DNA of 64,000 nucleotides from an uncultured Chromatiaceae bacterium (GTDB taxonomy: Bacteria > Pseudomonadota > Gammaproteobacteria > DRLM01). Location of the stretch: positions 8,771 to 72,770 of the forward strand of contig CALZJG010000005.1 of NCBI GenBank assembly GCA_945787555.1, read 5' to 3'. Positions within the stretch are counted from its first letter, which is position 1; each line of letters begins with the position of its first letter. Below are positions 50,201 to 59,248 of this stretch, piece after piece. The notes below the pieces were generated by a model, which saw only the letters and a list, made by a program, of their open reading frames with translations, did no database searches and was not told the origin of the DNA. A program made the position numbers and the translations under genes.

Positions 50201-52918
50201 CGCCTTGGCAAGATGCCCAGCGAGTTTGAGCCGCTGCGCCTCGCCGCCGGACAAGGTCGGCACCGGCTGGCCGAGCTTCAAATAGTCCAAACCCACCGCA
50301 TGCAACGGCCGCAATGCTTCCACCACCGAAGATGTGTGAGAAAAGAATTCCATGGCCTCCGCCACGGTCATGTCCAGCACCTCGGCGATAGATTTTGCCC
50401 TCCCTTCGACACTCTCCCTCACAGCTCCCCTCCCAGGGGGTGAGGCAGAATACGGAAAAACGTCATGGGTAGCTTCTCCCCGCCGTGCGGGCGCTCGTTG
50501 ATGCGTGCCCCGGGCAAGAACAGAGCGGGCGTGCGACGTCGTTTCCACCAGTGGCCACAACCTCACCTCCAAGACCTCGGCGCGATAGCGTCTGCCGTCG
50601 CAATCAGGACAACGTAAATACACATCGCTCAGGAATTGCATTTCGACATGTTCGTAACCCGAACCCATACAGGTCGGACAGCGGCCATTACCGGCATTGA
50701 AACTGAAAGTGCCTGCGGTGTAGCCACGCTCGCGTGCCAAGGGTTCGGCGGCGAACAAAGTGCGGATGCCGTCCAACGCGCCGACATAACTGGCGGGATT
50801 GGAACGTGTGGTCTTACCGATGGGAGATTGATCCACCAGCACCACGGCATCGATGCACTCATCGCCGCGCAAAGACTCATGCGCACCGGGCATTTCCACC
50901 GGTTTGCCCTTGCGTTTGGCCAACGCGTGATAAAGCACATCCTGCATGAGCGTCGATTTACCCGAACCGCTCACCCCGGTGAGACACACCAGCCGCTGCA
51001 GCGGGATGTCCACATCGAGGTGTTGCAAATTATGCGCGCTTGCACCCCGCACGCTCAGGCGTGGCCCATCCTTAGCGGGCGCACGCGGTTCACGCGTGCG
51101 GACCAGACTTTTTTTGCCGGTGAGGTACTGCGCCGTTAGCGAGTCTTTCGCTCTGCACAATTGCGCCGGCGTGCCGCTAAAGACGATCTCGCCGCCGCGC
51201 TCCCCCGGGCCGGGGCCGATATCGATGATCCTATCCGCCTCCCACATCACTTGCGGGTCATGCTCTACCACCAGCAAAGAATTGCCCACGTCGCGCAGCC
51301 TCCGCAACACGGCGATGATGCGTTGCATATCGCGCGAATGCAGCCCGATGCTGGGCTCATCGAGCACGAATAGGGTGTTCACCAACGACGTGCCCAGCGC
51401 GGTGGTAAGATTGATACGCTGCACCTCGCCACCACTGAGCGTGCGTGATTGGCGATCCAGGGTGAGATAACCCAAACCCACTTCCACCAAGTAACGCAGG
51501 CGGCTGCGTATCTCGCCCAATAATACTTCCACCGCCTCATCCAGCGGCACGGGCAAGTGCAAAGCGAGGAAGAAATCCTGGCAGCGCTGCAAAGGTAGTA
51601 ACATGACATCATGCATGCTGAGGCCGGGCAGCGCGGCAAGTTGCTCTCGTGTCCAGTTGACCTGATACGGCAGAAAACGCGCCTGCGGCGCGAGTACCGC
51701 AGCGGCTTCTTGCCGGCTACCGAGCCGCCACAATAAGGACAAGGTTTGCAAACGCGCGCCACCGCAGGTCTCACAAGTGTTGTAGGCGCGGTACTTCGAC
51801 AACAGCACTCGGATGTGCATCTTGTAACTTTTGCTTTCCAACCAAGCGAAGTAACGTCGCGCTCCATACCAGCGCTTATCTTCCCACTCGCCCTCGCCGT
51901 CGATCACCCACGCTTGTTGGGCTGCACTGAGTTTCCGCCACGGCACATCGACGGGAATGCCGCGCTGCTTGGCGTAACGCAGCATATCGTCTTGGCATTC
52001 CTTATAGCTGGCCGTCTGCCACGGTTTCACCGCTCCCGCGGCGAGCGTCTTGGTTTCATCGGGGATCACCAAGCCGTAATCGATGCCAATGGTGCGACCG
52101 AAACCGCGGCAAGTTTCGCAGGCGCCCAACGGCGAATTGAAAGAGAAGCTGTGCGGCTGCGCGCCCTGATAGGTGATATCACAGCGCGCGCAATGCAAGC
52201 CGGCCGAATAACGCCACGGCGCGCCGGGCTCACGGGCGGCGTCGATGGGATAGACGGTCACCTTGCCATGGCCGGCCTGCAAGGCGGCTTCCAGAGCTTC
52301 CACCAAGCGATCGCGGCGCGCGACATTGAGCCGCACGCGGTCCTGTATCACTTCCAGCACCGTTTCCCGCTCACTGAATATTTTCGTGTAGCCCTGTTGC
52401 GCCAGTAGGCCCGTCACTTCCACGGCGGAAAAATTCTTGGGGACGCTCACGCTGAAGGTGATCACCGCCATTTGCCCCGCACGCGCCCGACCTAGCAAGG
52501 CGTCGGCGATGCTGTCGGGTGAGTCGTGCCGCACCGCCTCAGCGCAGCCGCGGCAATACAACACCGCCGCACGCGCGAACAGCAGTTTAATGTGATCGTT
52601 CAACTCGGTCATGGTGCCCACGGTGGAACGCGAGGTGCGCACCGGGTTGACCTGGTCGATGGCGATGGCGGGCGGGATGCCCTCGATACGCTCGACCTGC
52701 GGACGGTCCATGCGATCGAGGAATTGACGCGCGTAGGGCGAAAAAGTCTCCACGTAACGACGTTGCCCCTCAGCGTAGACCGTGTCGAAGGCCAAGGAGG
52801 ATTTGCCCGAACCGCTCACGCCGGTGATAACGATGAGTTCATTGAGCGGCAAGCGCAAATCGAGGGACTTGAGATTGTTCTGGCGGGCGCCGTGGATGTG
52901 TATCGCGTCGTCGGACAT
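47210..52918 (-). CDS. uvrA: double-length UvrA excinuclease subunit
   Basis: About 1900 aa with four GVSGSGKS Walker A motifs, four LSGGE signatures and multiple CxxC Zn fingers, i.e. two fused UvrA units. Confidence 0.95.
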   Translation of the reverse strand: MSDDAIHIHGARQNNLKSLDLRLPLNELIVITGVSGSGKSSLAFDTVYAEGQRRYVETFSPYARQFLDRMDRPQVERIEGIPPAIAIDQVNPVRTSRSTVGTMTELNDHIKLLFARAAVLYCRGCAEAVRHDSPDSIADALLGRARAGQMAVITFSVSVPKNFSAVEVTGLLAQQGYTKIFSERETVLEVIQDRVRLNVARRDRLVEALEAALQAGHGKVTVYPIDAAREPGAPWRYSAGLHCARCDITYQGAQPHSFSFNSPLGACETCRGFGRTIGIDYGLVIPDETKTLAAGAVKPWQTASYKECQDDMLRYAKQRGIPVDVPWRKLSAAQQAWVIDGEGEWEDKRWYGARRYFAWLESKSYKMHIRVLLSKYRAYNTCETCGGARLQTLSLLWRLGSRQEAAAVLAPQARFLPYQVNWTREQLAALPGLSMHDVMLLPLQRCQDFFLALHLPVPLDEAVEVLLGEIRSRLRYLVEVGLGYLTLDRQSRTLSGGEVQRINLTTALGTSLVNTLFVLDEPSIGLHSRDMQRIIAVLRRLRDVGNSLLVVEHDPQVMWEADRIIDIGPGPGERGGEIVFSGTPAQLCRAKDSLTAQYLTGKKSLVRTREPRAPAKDGPRLSVRGASAHNLQHLDVDIPLQRLVCLTGVSGSGKSTLMQDVLYHALAKRKGKPVEMPGAHESLRGDECIDAVVLVDQSPIGKTTRSNPASYVGALDGIRTLFAAEPLARERGYTAGTFSFNAGNGRCPTCMGSGYEHVEMQFLSDVYLRCPDCDGRRYRAEVLEVRLWPLVETTSHARSVLARGTHQRAPARRGEATHDVFPYSASPPGRGAVRESVEGRAKSIAEVLDMTVAEAMEFFSHTSSVVEALRPLHAVGLDYLKLGQPVPTLSGGEAQRLKLAGHLAKARGGTQQTHGSLFLFDEPTTGLHFADIDRLLRAFEELLDAGHSLLVIEHNLDVIAAADWLIELGPEGGEGGGRLVCAGKPRFVSKHRASHTGAALRDYWQDKKIPVQRVSRRAAARAKRPDIRIIHAREHNLKNIDVTIPRNRFTVITGVSGSGKSTVAFDILFAEGQRRYLESLNAYARQFVQPAARPDVDAVTGIPPTVAIEQRTSRGGRKSTVATLTEIYHYLRLMFVKLGTQYCPDCDIPIEAQSMEAIHASILHDYHGRRIAVLAPLVTARKGVYNDLARWAAAKGYAHLRVDGDQIPTAPWPRLDRYREHHIELPLGELDVTPQAHAALRALLARALLVGNEAVKIIAAPARRRRSSRTNAGAPTETLFSSKRACIRCGRGYAELDPRLFSYNSPQGWCARCYGTGLSLSGFDAEASGEEAQWLEAWEGGERACPACAGLRLRPEALAVRFQKRSIAEYAAMPVAQAERVFGAMKLKGRAAELARDMLPELRARLRFLNEVGLSYLSLDRAAPTLSGGEAQRLRLAAQLGSNLRGVCYILDEPTIGLHPRDNRLMLDTLAALQRKGNTLVVVEHDEDTIRRADHVIDLGPGAGSQGGALVVAGSLNKIMREKRSVTGRYLARPLSHPLIDARRKVTRAMPSLEVLNAHLHNLRVARLRLPLERLVCVTGVSGSGKSTLVRKVLHDNIQRLLATRRGRKKALNLHGCEALEGWQAISRILEVNQAPIGKTPRSCPATYIGFWDAIRRLYAGTEEARLRGYGSARFSFNVQGGRCEGCAGQGVKRIEMSFLPDVEVPCEVCGGARFTPETLAVHYKAKNIGEVLTMSVDEAVEFFAAHVTIHHALKLLQDVGLGYLTLGQPSPTLSGGEAQRIKLVTELAKARQPLAATGKERKGDTGRSNTLYLLDEPTVGLHMADVEKLIRVLHRLVEAGNTVVVIEHNLDVVAEADWIIDLGPEGGDGGGRVVAQGTPETLARAKRATHTGRFLANLLNS

Positions 52919-52974
52919 GGCGGCATTATAAGGCCGAAAAGCCCACAGCCCGCGCTGGCGGGCTGTCGGAAGCA

Positions 52975-53050
<76 letters not shown>

Positions 53051-53173
53051 GCGATAGGCGATGTCTGGGTGATTCCGGCTTCAACCCACTTTGGCCGCGC
53101 CATGGGCACAGCGCGCGCCGGCGCAAACAAAGGCGGGTGAGTATACGAGAAATCCTTCAAGCGAGACAACTTA

Positions 53174-53249
53174 CACAGCCAGGCACAGCCAGGCACAGCC
53201 AGGCACACCCAGGCACACCCAGACATGCCCAGACATGCCCAGACATGCC
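53174..53249. repeat. 10-bp tandem repeat array (about 8 units)
   Basis: Partial CACAGCC, AGGCACAGCC x2, AGGCACACCC x2, AGACATGCCC x2, AGACATGCC. Confidence 0.9.
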
Positions 53250-53265
53250 GGCGTCGAGGAGCGGA

Positions 53266-53700
53266 TCAGAAGCGGTGCGGCGCCCCGGCGTTGCGTACGC
53301 GTATGACCACCTCCACGCCTTCCACCACGGTACCCTGCGGCAGCTCGGGCAGTTCACCCAAGGCCACATCGGCGGCGTCGATATCGGTCAAGGTGCCGGA
53401 GTCGACGTTGTAGAAATGGTGGTGCGGCGCGGTGGTGGGATCGTAAAACACCTTGGTCGGATCAACGATCACTTCCCTGACCACCCCTTTGCGCGCGAAC
53501 AAACCCAGCGTGTTATACACGGTAGCCTTGGAGACATGGGTGTGATTTTGGTTGACCGATGCCAGCACCTGCTCGGCCGACAAGTGTTGCGGCTGAGCGA
53601 ACAGGATCTGGGCGATCTGAAGACGCTGGTGGGTGGGAGTGATGCCATGCTCGCGCATCAGGGCGCACACTTCATCATGATTGAGAGGATATGACTGCAT
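53266..53700 (-). CDS. Fur-family transcriptional regulator (Irr-like)
   Basis: TPTHQR, HLSAE, SKATVYNTL and PHHHFY motifs; lacks CxxC motifs. Confidence 0.9.
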   Translation of the reverse strand: MQSYPLNHDEVCALMREHGITPTHQRLQIAQILFAQPQHLSAEQVLASVNQNHTHVSKATVYNTLGLFARKGVVREVIVDPTKVFYDPTTAPHHHFYNVDSGTLTDIDAADVALGELPELPQGTVVEGVEVVIRVRNAGAPHRF

Positions 53701-53792
53701 AATTCCTACCATGGCGCTGAATTATACGTCACGACTTTAGATTGAGTCTACTTTGTTGCCTCACCGGCAGCACTCGAGCCCGCACGACGCCG

Positions 53793-54881
53793 TCATGTCT
53801 CTACTGGGAGTGCATAAGGGGTAGGATCAACGCAGGGCGGTCTTGCCAGAATCAGGTCCGCCAGCAAACGGGCGGAGGCCGGTCCCAGCACCACGCCATT
53901 GCGAAAATGGCCAGCGTTGACGTACAGACCGCGCCAGCGCGGGTGCGGGCCGATGGTGGGCACACCGCTCTGCGAACCCGGCCGCAGCCCCGCCCAGTGC
54001 CGCTCGATCGGGGCGCTTTCCAGCGCCGGCACCAGCGCTATAGCGGCGGCGCGCAATTCAGCATAGGCCGCCTTGGTGGTGGATTTGTCGAAACCCACGT
54101 ATTCCACGGTGCTGCCCGCCAGGACTCGCCCATCGCGCCGCGGCACCAGATAATGCCCTTGCGCCAAGACCATGTGCCGCACCAGACCGGGCGGGGCCCG
54201 AAACAGCAACATCTGACCGCGCACCGGCGTCACGGCGAGCGGGATGCCCAGCTTCTCCAACAGTCGCCCGCTCCAAGCGCCACCGGCCACCACCACCCCG
54301 CCGGCGCGGAAGTCGCCGCGGGTGCTGCGTACGCCGCTGACGGTGTCGCCCTGGGTGATGAAGTCTGTCACCTCGGCGTCACTTTCGACTTGCACGCCGC
54401 GGCGCTCCAGGCTGGCCCGTAAGGCGCGCAGTAGGCGCGGATTGCGCACTTGCGCCACCTCCGGCATCCACAATGCCGCGTGCGTCAACGACGCCAGCGC
54501 GGGCTCCATTTCGGCGGCGACCGGTGCGGAAAGAATTTGCACATGGGCACTCCAGCGCGCCGCCCACGCCTTCGCAGGACCGCGCTCATCAGCCTCCAAC
54601 AGCAGCAAGCCGCTGCGCGTCCATTCCGGATCGACACCGCTCTCGGCTCGCAAGGTCTCGGCCAAGGCGGGAAAGACGCGCTGGCTCCAGGCGGCCAAGG
54701 CCGTCACCGCAGCGGGATAACGCCAAGGATAGAGCGGCGAGAGGATGCCCCCACCGGCCCACGACGCCTCACGGCCCGGTTCGCCGCGCTCGACCACGGT
54801 GATTCGCGCCCCCGCTCCGGCCAGCTCGCGGGCCACAAGCATGCCCAGCAGACCACCCCCGACTACAATGAAATCAGACAT
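53793..54881 (-). CDS. thiO: glycine oxidase ThiO
   Basis: GGGLLG FAD motif, ASWAGGGILSP, PVRGQM, WAGLRPG and GHFRNG; typical position next to minor pilin genes. Confidence 0.9.
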   Translation of the reverse strand: MSDFIVVGGGLLGMLVARELAGAGARITVVERGEPGREASWAGGGILSPLYPWRYPAAVTALAAWSQRVFPALAETLRAESGVDPEWTRSGLLLLEADERGPAKAWAARWSAHVQILSAPVAAEMEPALASLTHAALWMPEVAQVRNPRLLRALRASLERRGVQVESDAEVTDFITQGDTVSGVRSTRGDFRAGGVVVAGGAWSGRLLEKLGIPLAVTPVRGQMLLFRAPPGLVRHMVLAQGHYLVPRRDGRVLAGSTVEYVGFDKSTTKAAYAELRAAAIALVPALESAPIERHWAGLRPGSQSGVPTIGPHPRWRGLYVNAGHFRNGVVLGPASARLLADLILARPPCVDPTPYALPVET

Positions 54882-55332
54882 TTATACACTCTGGGCACGC
54901 TTTAAAATACCCGCTCGGGGTCAGCTATGGCGCACAACGGCTGACCGCATCACGCTAATCCCCCAAATCGAGCAATGAGTAAGGGGGCTATGGCTGAAAG
55001 CTGTTTGAACGACTCCCCCCACATTCTGACCTTCTCTCTAGAGAATGAGGGCGGCGGGTCTTCCTCGGTGCCCTGTCAAAGATTTAAAAAAACGCAGAAA
55101 CGCCCCTCGGGCGATCGTGACATGGTGAACCAAAGCTGCTATTTATATCAAATGCTAACCTAATAATGGCGCGCAGGAGCGGCGCTAGGGTGCACACCAC
55201 GAACCCATGGTGTCATACGGAGTCATGCGGTATCTTACGCGCCGTTTCCTTACCGCTGTAGACCGCTAGCGCACCCATCGAAGTCTGAGAATGAGATTAA
55301 GCGTTAACAAACGCAGTGGGGGACATACAACC

Positions 55333-55821
55333 ATGAGCCGTCACGCTGTCGCCTGGCATCGTCTGCCACGCCGTGAACGCGGCGTCACCATGATCGAGGT
55401 CTTGATCACCATCGTCGTAGTGGCGACGGGTTTGCTGGGCGTGGCCGGCATGCAAATCCTAGGCATGCGCGCCACCAATGACGCGCATCAACAAACCCTC
55501 GCCACACAACTGGCACAGGACATCATGGAACGGGTGCGCACTAACCGCGTCGGCGCCGATGGCGGCTTCTATTCGAGCATCACGCTCACCACGAGCAGCA
55601 CTATCACCGACCCCGATTGCGTTGCCAACATATGTACCGCCGCCGAGTTGGCGGCCCACGATCAAGCGCAATGGATAGAAATGATCAAGCCGACCACGGG
55701 CGCCCCCATCCTGCCGGAAACCACCGTGCAACTACAGTGCTGTACTGCCGGCAACTTCACGATCTTGCTCCAATGGGGTCCGGGCGGTGCCCACACCCTC
55801 AGTTCCGAGTTCAGGTTATGA
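55333..55821 (+). CDS. pilV: type IV minor pilin PilV
   Basis: Prepilin motif RG/VTMIEVL; DIMERVRTN and CTAAELAAHD..W. Confidence 0.9.
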   Translation: MSRHAVAWHRLPRRERGVTMIEVLITIVVVATGLLGVAGMQILGMRATNDAHQQTLATQLAQDIMERVRTNRVGADGGFYSSITLTTSSTITDPDCVANICTAAELAAHDQAQWIEMIKPTTGAPILPETTVQLQCCTAGNFTILLQWGPGGAHTLSSEFRL

Positions 55822-56810
55822 CGCCCGGACTGCGCCACCACCGCCCGCCCCAGCAAGCACGAGGGTTCACCCTGGTGGAGCTGATGATCGCCGCCGCGAT
55901 CGGATTGATCATGGTGGCCGGCATCGGCCAAATCTACCTGGCTAGCAAGAAGAGCTATGACGCCCAACTCAACCTGGCGCAGATCCAGGACACCGGACGC
56001 TATGCCTTCGACTTGCTCACCCAAGACATCCGCCGCGCCGGCGCATACGGCTTGTTCGATATGCGCGCGGCGCCCATCACCTCGGTGCTCAACGGTGATC
56101 AAACCCCCAGCAACAACTGCCCCAACAACAATACCTGGGGCCGGATGGTGAGGCAGCCACTGTTCGGGATCAACGACAACGATACCGGCTATGATTGCGT
56201 GAATGATTGGCAGCGCGGCGATGTACTCACCGTGCGTTACGCCGCGCCGACCCCCGTCGCGGGCGCCTTCCAAGCCAATACCTTATACCTGCGCAGCGAG
56301 CCATTCCGCGCCGAGGTTTCTGTTGGCGCTCCAACGATTTTGCCGCCGACTCCGATGACCTCCGATCATGAGTTGGTCGCCCGCGCCTATCACATTACGC
56401 GCTCGCGCGACGATGCCTGGATTGTCCGCCACTGCCAGGGCATCGCAATTCCAGCGCTGGTACGAGAAAACTTGAACAGTAGCGGCATACCGAGAAGGGA
56501 AGAATTGGTGACCGGCGTGGAGCACCTACAATTCCAGTTTGGCCTGGACACTGACAACGACCCGCAACGCTCGGTGAACTTTTGGCGGAACGCAAATCAA
56601 GTCCCCAACTGGATCATCAACGTGGTACCCGGGGTGGCACCCGTCGTCGTGGCGGTGCGGTTCTGGTTACTGGTGCGCAGCGAGTGCCCGGAATCAGGCT
56701 ACACGGACAACAACACCTACAATTTTGGCGATGTGGCTTACACACCCAATGACAGCTTCCGCCGCCAGCTCTACAGCTCCACCGTGTATCTGCGCAAGTA
56801 CGTGAGATAG
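55818..56810 (+). CDS. pilW: type IV minor pilin PilW
   Basis: RG/FTLVELMIA, DIRRAG, LVTGVEHLQFQFGLD and VAVRFWLLVRS; ATGA coupling with pilV. Confidence 0.9.
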   Translation: MTPGLRHHRPPQQARGFTLVELMIAAAIGLIMVAGIGQIYLASKKSYDAQLNLAQIQDTGRYAFDLLTQDIRRAGAYGLFDMRAAPITSVLNGDQTPSNNCPNNNTWGRMVRQPLFGINDNDTGYDCVNDWQRGDVLTVRYAAPTPVAGAFQANTLYLRSEPFRAEVSVGAPTILPPTPMTSDHELVARAYHITRSRDDAWIVRHCQGIAIPALVRENLNSSGIPRREELVTGVEHLQFQFGLDTDNDPQRSVNFWRNANQVPNWIINVVPGVAPVVVAVRFWLLVRSECPESGYTDNNTYNFGDVAYTPNDSFRRQLYSSTVYLRKYVR

Positions 56811-56813
56811 ACC

Positions 56814-57443
56814 ATGATTATGCGGATCTCATCCACCGCCCCCCTCCGCGCCCAACGCGGCGTGGCGCTCATCGTGAGCTTGATGTTCATCGTGGCGCTG
56901 ACCCTGATCGGCGTGGGCGCCATGAACGCCTCGCTGCTGGAACTGGTTATGTCCAGCAATCACCACCAAAAGGCCGACACCCAGGACCGCACCGAAATCT
57001 CATTGCGCATGGCCGAAGCTGCCATCCTTAATCTACCCTCGGCAAATAACGACCCGGCGGCGTTCCCCTGGGTCACTGCTGGCGACCAGTATTACGCCAC
57101 CGGCGACCCAACGCTAAACAACCTCGACAATCTGGCCACTTGGAACACCATTTGGTGGGCAGACCCCGACCCATTCTCCCCCCTCGACGAACGCTATGTG
57201 GTCGAATTCATGGGTTGTTACAACATGGCTGGCGCGAATTTGGCCTGCCCCGGGGTGATTGCCCCTCCCCCCGCCTACCAAGCCAATGCGGCCAACATCG
57301 CCGTCTATCGCGTCTTTTTACTGTCCAGACAAGGGGACGGCACCGCGCGGGTGACGCAGTCTACTTTTCGCGTCCACTACGCCGTCGCGCCGGGCACAGG
57401 AACGGGGCCCAGTCGCAGAGCCTGGGTGGATTATGATCTCTAG
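56814..57443 (+). CDS. pilX: type IV minor pilin PilX
   Basis: QRG/VALIVSL prepilin start lacking Glu5, typical of PilX. Confidence 0.85.
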   Translation: MIMRISSTAPLRAQRGVALIVSLMFIVALTLIGVGAMNASLLELVMSSNHHQKADTQDRTEISLRMAEAAILNLPSANNDPAAFPWVTAGDQYYATGDPTLNNLDNLATWNTIWWADPDPFSPLDERYVVEFMGCYNMAGANLACPGVIAPPPAYQANAANIAVYRVFLLSRQGDGTARVTQSTFRVHYAVAPGTGTGPSRRAWVDYDL

Positions 57444-57903
57444 CGCGCCCCACTCCGTCACCCGTCATCGCGGCGCCGGCTTCACCTTGATCGAAGCCAT
57501 GATCGTGTTAGTGGTGCTGGCGATACTCGCGGCCATCGTCTATCCCGGGTACGCGAAATATGTCCACCAAGCCAAGCGCGCCGCCGCCAAGACGGCCCTG
57601 ATGGATGTGGCGGCGGCGCAGGAGCGCCACTTCTTCAGCACTCGCGACTACACCACCAATTTGACCGCCGCCGCCCCAACGGGTTTGGCCTATCCAGGCA
57701 TCTACGTGAACGCCAATGGCATGCTGCAAAGTTCATCTTCCGATGCGGTGTATTCGATTAGCGCCGTCACATCAGGCTGTGGTGGCGCCCCCTGCTTCAA
57801 ACTCGAAGCCGCGCCACAAGGATCCCAATCGGGGGACAGTTGCGGGACCTTCAGCTTGGATTCACGGCGCGTGAAGGGCCCCACAACGAGCGGCTGCTGG
57901 TGA
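57433..57903 (+). CDS. pilE: type IV minor pilin PilE
   Basis: AG/FTLIEAMIV..AIVYPGY, QERHF, A.P.GSQ..D.CGTF and terminal CW. Confidence 0.9.
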   Translation: MISSAPHSVTRHRGAGFTLIEAMIVLVVLAILAAIVYPGYAKYVHQAKRAAAKTALMDVAAAQERHFFSTRDYTTNLTAAAPTGLAYPGIYVNANGMLQSSSSDAVYSISAVTSGCGGAPCFKLEAAPQGSQSGDSCGTFSLDSRRVKGPTTSGCW

Positions 57904-58077
57904 CCACGCCAAATTTGGCGCTTTGCTTGTGACAGGTTCCCGAATGCCCTTTCCCTCGGGGAGACGGTGGGGGGTATCAATAACTATGAGCCAAGGTGTC
58001 TTTTGACCGACCTCACCTCAGCGGTGCCATCCCCTTGCTATACCCTCCTCGATGGAGGACGTAACAATAAACTTTAC

Positions 58078-59019
58078 TCAGCCCGCCGTTAATTCCTTGG
58101 GCAAGGAAAAAGTGATGGTCTCCACCCGCCCGTTCATTTCCCGGGCCTCCACCCCACCCCATTCCCTGAGCCGATCGATGACTTGCCGCACCAACACTTC
58201 CGGCGCGGAAGCACCGGCCGTAATGCCGACCCGGCGCGCGCCGTCCAGCCACTCGCGGCGGATTTCCTCGGCGCCATCGATAAGATAAGCCGACACGTTC
58301 ATTTTTTGCGCCAGCTCACGCAAGCGATTGGAATTGGAACTGCTGGGCGAGCCCACCACCAGCACTACATCGCATTGCTGCGCCAGCTCCTTCACCGAAT
58401 CCTGGCGATTCTGGGTGGCATAACAAATGTCATCCTTACGCGGACCGATGATGCTGGGAAAACGGGCGCGCAGAATGTCGATAATCTCGGCGGTGTCGTC
58501 CACCGACAGCGTGGTCTGGGTGACGAAAGCGATATTGTCGGAATGCTGCACGTGCAGCGCGCGCGCCTCGGCGGAATTCTGCACCAAATACATCCGCCCG
58601 CCACCGGCGCTCTTGTCCCACTGCCCCATGGTGCCTTCCACTTCGGGATGACCGGCGTGGCCGATGAGGATGCACTCACGCTCGGCGCGGCGGTGACGCT
58701 CCACTTCCAGATGCACTTTGGTCACTAATGGACAAGTCGCGTCGAAGACTCTGAGACCACGCCGCGCCGCTTCATCACGCACCGCCTTGGACACGCCGTG
58801 GGCACTGAATATCACCAGATTGTCGTCCGGCACTTCGTCCAATTCATCGACGAACACCACGCCTTGGTCGCGCAGCCCATCCACCACGAACTTATTGTGC
58901 ACCACTTCATGGCGTACATATACCGGCGCGCCGAATAATTCGAGGGCACGTTCGACGATGTGGATGGCACGGTCGACGCCAGCGCAAAAACCGCGAGGAT
59001 TGGCTAAGATAATTTCCAT
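58078..59019 (-). CDS. ispH: 4-hydroxy-3-methylbut-2-enyl diphosphate reductase
   Basis: [32 protein letters not shown] and TAGASAPE. Confidence 0.98.
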   Translation of the reverse strand: MEIILANPRGFCAGVDRAIHIVERALELFGAPVYVRHEVVHNKFVVDGLRDQGVVFVDELDEVPDDNLVIFSAHGVSKAVRDEAARRGLRVFDATCPLVTKVHLEVERHRRAERECILIGHAGHPEVEGTMGQWDKSAGGGRMYLVQNSAEARALHVQHSDNIAFVTQTTLSVDDTAEIIDILRARFPSIIGPRKDDICYATQNRQDSVKELAQQCDVVLVVGSPSSSNSNRLRELAQKMNVSAYLIDGAEEIRREWLDGARRVGITAGASAPEVLVRQVIDRLREWGGVEAREMNGRVETITFSLPKELTAG

Positions 59020-59144
59020 AACGAGGACTCGCAACGTTCAGGCCGGCTATTCTACTGCACCGGCGGGACAGGAAAAACACGGCGCCTGAGTGACTGAAAG
59101 GTCTAGTGAAAACCGCGCCCAGACGAAACCGTCCGGCATCAACT

Positions 59145-59168
59145 CCCTCTCCCGCAGGCGGGAGAGGG
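59145..59168. repeat. palindromic intergenic repeat (CCCTCTCCC..GGGAGAGGG family)
   Basis: CCCTCTCCCGC-AG-GCGGGAGAGGG perfect stem between lspA and ispH. Confidence 0.8.
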
Positions 59169-59248
59169 AACGCAACCCCTAGCTTTCATCATCATCTGGG
59201 ATCGTCTGGCACAGATTCCGCTACCATACAGCGGCGCTTGCGTGGCTC

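Noticed and set aside
53174-53249. CRISPR array
   Set aside because: Units are 10 bp, contiguous and without spacers; no cas genes in the window.
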